A stretch of 64,000 nt of DNA from an uncultured Oscillospiraceae bacterium. Lineage in GTDB: Bacteria > Bacillota > Clostridia > Oscillospirales > Oscillospiraceae. Position 1 is the first letter of the stretch; the number at the start of each line of letters is the position of its first letter. The translations under genes were made by a program, and so were the position numbers. Of this stretch, positions 61,652-64,000 are shown piece after piece. The DNA is taken from contig CANRFN010000010.1 in NCBI GenBank assembly GCA_947629915.1, forward strand, positions 5,786-69,785, given 5' to 3'. Under the pieces are notes generated by a model that was not told the DNA's origin, searched no databases, and saw nothing but the letters and a program-made list of their open reading frames with translations.

Positions 61652-62710
61652 ATGGACGAACAGCTAAACAGCATCGCGCTGAAATACGATGAGATGGAGG
61701 CCAGACTCCACGCCCAGGAGACCTACTCGGACCCGGAGCTGGTGGCCCGGCTGAACCGGGAGATGCGGGACATTGAGCCCGTGGTAACCGCGTTTCGGTC
61801 CCTGCAGCGGGCCCGGCAGGACCTCTCAGACGCCGAGGAACTGCTCTCTGATCCGGAGATGCGGGACCTGGCCCAGGAGGAGTACGCCGAGAACAAGGCC
61901 CGCATTGAGGATCTGGAGCAGCAGCTCAAGGTCCTCCTGCTGCCGAAAGACCCCAACGATGGCCGCAACGTGATTGTAGAGATCCGCGCCGGTGTGGGCG
62001 GGGAGGAGTCCGCCCTCTTTGCCCACTCCCTGCACCGGATGTACACCATGTACGCGGAGCGCCGGGGCTGGCATGTGGAGATCAACAGCCAGAACGTAAC
62101 GGAGCTGGGCGGCGTAAAGGAAATCAGCTTTACGGTTATGGGAGACGGCGCCTGGTCTCGCTTCAAGTTTGAGAGCGGCGTCCACCGGGTGCAGCGGGTG
62201 CCGGAGACGGAGTCCGGCGGCCGGGTGCATACCTCCACCGCCACCGTGGCCGTGCTGCCGGAGATGGAAGAGGTGGATGTGAATATCGACCCCGCAGACG
62301 TGGAGATGCAGGTGTTTCGCTCCTCCGGCGCCGGCGGCCAGCACATCAACAAGACCTCCTCCGCCGTGCGCCTCATCCACAAGCCCACCGGCACCGTGGT
62401 GGAGTGCCAGCAGGAGCGGTCTCAGTTCCAAAACCGGGAGACCGCCATGCGGCTTCTGGCCTCCATCCTCTACGAGAGAGAGCGGGAGCGGGTGGAGACG
62501 GCCTACGAGGAGAACCGCCGCAGCCAGATCGGCACCGGCATGCGCAACGAGCGCATCCGCACCTATAACTTCCCCCAGGGCCGGCTCACAGACCACCGGG
62601 TGAACCTCACCATCTATAAGCTGGACGCGGTGATGGACGGGGACCTAGACGAGATCATCGACGCCCTTACCGCGGCCCGCCAGGCGGAGATGCTGGCGGA
62701 GAGAGGATAA
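61652..62710 (+). CDS. prfA: Peptide chain release factor 1
   Basis: HRVQRVPETESGGRVHTSTATV and SSGAGGQHINKTSSAVRL (GGQ). Length fits RF1. ATG 61652 preferred to TTG 61649. Confidence 0.92.
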   Translation: MDEQLNSIALKYDEMEARLHAQETYSDPELVARLNREMRDIEPVVTAFRSLQRARQDLSDAEELLSDPEMRDLAQEEYAENKARIEDLEQQLKVLLLPKDPNDGRNVIVEIRAGVGGEESALFAHSLHRMYTMYAERRGWHVEINSQNVTELGGVKEISFTVMGDGAWSRFKFESGVHRVQRVPETESGGRVHTSTATVAVLPEMEEVDVNIDPADVEMQVFRSSGAGGQHINKTSSAVRLIHKPTGTVVECQQERSQFQNRETAMRLLASILYERERERVETAYEENRRSQIGTGMRNERIRTYNFPQGRLTDHRVNLTIYKLDAVMDGDLDEIIDALTAARQAEMLAERG

Positions 62711-62712
62711 GC

Positions 62713-63987
62713 ATGGAACCCAAGTATACCCACATCATCTTTGACCTGGACGGCACCCTGCTGAACACCCTGGAGGACCTTGGGGACGCCGGCAACCATG
62801 TGTGCCGGGAGAACGGCTGGCCGGAGCACGCCATGGACGAGTACCGCTATTTCGTGGGCAATGGCATCCCCAAACTGGTGGAGCGCTTTGCCCCCAAGAA
62901 TATCACCCCGGAACAGTACAACAATGCCCTCCGGGACTTCAAGGCTTATTACCAGGTTCACAAAGAGGACAAGACCGCCCCCTATGCCGGCATCCCGGAG
63001 ATGCTGGAGGCCCTGCAGGCCGCGGGCTTCCACATGTCTGTGCTCACGAACAAGGCCGATGAGATGGCGGGCCCCTTGATGGAGGGGTATTTCCCCGGAC
63101 GGCTGGAGGCGGTGCAGGGCGCCCTGCCGGACTGCCCGCCGAAGCCGGACCCCACGCTGTTGCATCGGCTGATGGAACGCCTGGGGGCGGCGCCGGAGCA
63201 CACATTATTCGTTGGGGACAGCAACGTGGACGTGCGCACCGGGAAAAACGGCGGCCTGGACGTCTGCGGCGTGCTGTGGGGCTTTCGGACGGCAGAGGAG
63301 CTCACCGCCGAGGGGGCGGACTACCTGGTCCAGCACCCCGGGGAACTGGTGTATCTGCTCACCGGCACCGCCTGGCTGCCGGAGGGGGAGCTGGACACCG
63401 CGGTGGAGCTCTTACGGGCGGGGGTGACCGTTGGGGTGCCCACCGAGACCGTGTACGGCCTCGCCGCCGATGCCACCCAGGCCCACGCGGTGCAGGCCAT
63501 CTATGACGCCAAGGGACGGCCGGAGACCAAGCCCCTCAATGTGCTGGTGGACGGCATGGCCATGGTGGAGGCGGTGTGTTCGGACATCCCGGAGGACGCC
63601 TATCGCCTGGCGGAGGCCTTCTGGCCGGGGCCGCTCACCATGATCCTCCGGGGGAGTGGCACCCTGCCGGAGATCGTCCCGGCGGGCGGCACCACCCAAG
63701 GGGTACGCTGTCCCAAGCACCCCGCCACCTTGGAACTGATCCGCAGATTGGGCAAGCCCCTGGCCTGCCCGTCTGCCAACATCTCCGGTGCCAGAAGCCC
63801 CAAGTCTGTAGCGGACGTGATCGGCCAGCTGGCCGGCAGAATCCCCGCAGTCTTAGACGGCGGGGCCTGCACCGTTGGGGTGGAGTCCACCATCCTGGAC
63901 CTCACCCACACCCCGTACCGGATTCTCCGCCAGGGCGGCCTCTCCAAAGAGGACATTGAGCGGGCGCTGGGAAAACCGGTGGCCTGA
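62713..63987 (+). CDS. Fusion protein: HAD-superfamily phosphatase (Gph/PpaX-like) + L-threonylcarbamoyladenylate synthase (TsaC/YrdC domain)
   Basis: N-half: IIFDLDGTLLNT, VLTNK, GDSNVDVRTGKNGG (HAD motifs I-IV). C-half: VPTETVYGLAADA, KGRPETKPLNVLV, WPGPLTMIL, CPSANISG, STILDL (YrdC/Sua5 fold). Single uninterrupted ORF. Confidence 0.8.
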   Translation: MEPKYTHIIFDLDGTLLNTLEDLGDAGNHVCRENGWPEHAMDEYRYFVGNGIPKLVERFAPKNITPEQYNNALRDFKAYYQVHKEDKTAPYAGIPEMLEALQAAGFHMSVLTNKADEMAGPLMEGYFPGRLEAVQGALPDCPPKPDPTLLHRLMERLGAAPEHTLFVGDSNVDVRTGKNGGLDVCGVLWGFRTAEELTAEGADYLVQHPGELVYLLTGTAWLPEGELDTAVELLRAGVTVGVPTETVYGLAADATQAHAVQAIYDAKGRPETKPLNVLVDGMAMVEAVCSDIPEDAYRLAEAFWPGPLTMILRGSGTLPEIVPAGGTTQGVRCPKHPATLELIRRLGKPLACPSANISGARSPKSVADVIGQLAGRIPAVLDGGACTVGVESTILDLTHTPYRILRQGGLSKEDIERALGKPVA

Positions 63988-64000
63988 GCGGGGGGACGGG

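Noticed and set aside
1-64000. Search for tRNA, rRNA, tmRNA and CRISPR loci
   Set aside because: I recognised no cloverleaf-like or rRNA-like segments and no spaced repeat arrays in any intergenic region. The intergenic regions are short apart from those discussed.

Overview
Visibly GC-rich, Firmicutes/Clostridia-like chromosomal window; SLH- and sortase-anchored surface proteins and class II GalT point to a gut anaerobe of the Oscillospiraceae type (inference only). I ran no searches, so every family call comes from motif recognition by eye. I count about 48 credible CDS. Housekeeping genes: FMN riboswitch-ribU, hpf, uppP, ftsK, nrdR, upp, tsaB-tsaE, a SEDS protein, csoR-copA, tldD-pmbA, pepC, padR-DUF2812, rluD-galT-galK, ddl-murF, an ABC-F ATPase, DUF218, prfA and a HAD-TsaC fusion. 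Accessory or unusual content: (1) An 11.6-kb co-directional minus-strand block (21.3-33.0 kb) with no housekeeping genes. It holds three large paralogues (degenerate 'predicted AAA-ATPase' N-terminus plus a HopA1/LanKC-N-like C-terminus), a wHTH + PD-(D/E)xK nuclease-like protein, three small paralogues, an HTH remnant and an SF1 UvrD-type helicase. This is my best candidate for an undescribed nucleic-acid-targeting or defence-like system. (2) A second tandem triplet of unknown ~480-aa proteins (2.5-7.0 kb) whose 3' ends are far more similar than the rest of the genes. (3) A 1654-aa secreted SLH protein with seven Cys/His-rich zinc-ribbon-like modules. (4) An AT-rich patch (46.0-47.4 kb) followed by a coiled-coil gene built from ten 21-bp repeats. 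(5) A Sel1-repeat gene split by a homopolymer frameshift. I saw no rRNA, tRNA, CRISPR array, intact transposase or integrase. Many long ORFs in the track are antisense artefacts of the high GC content.
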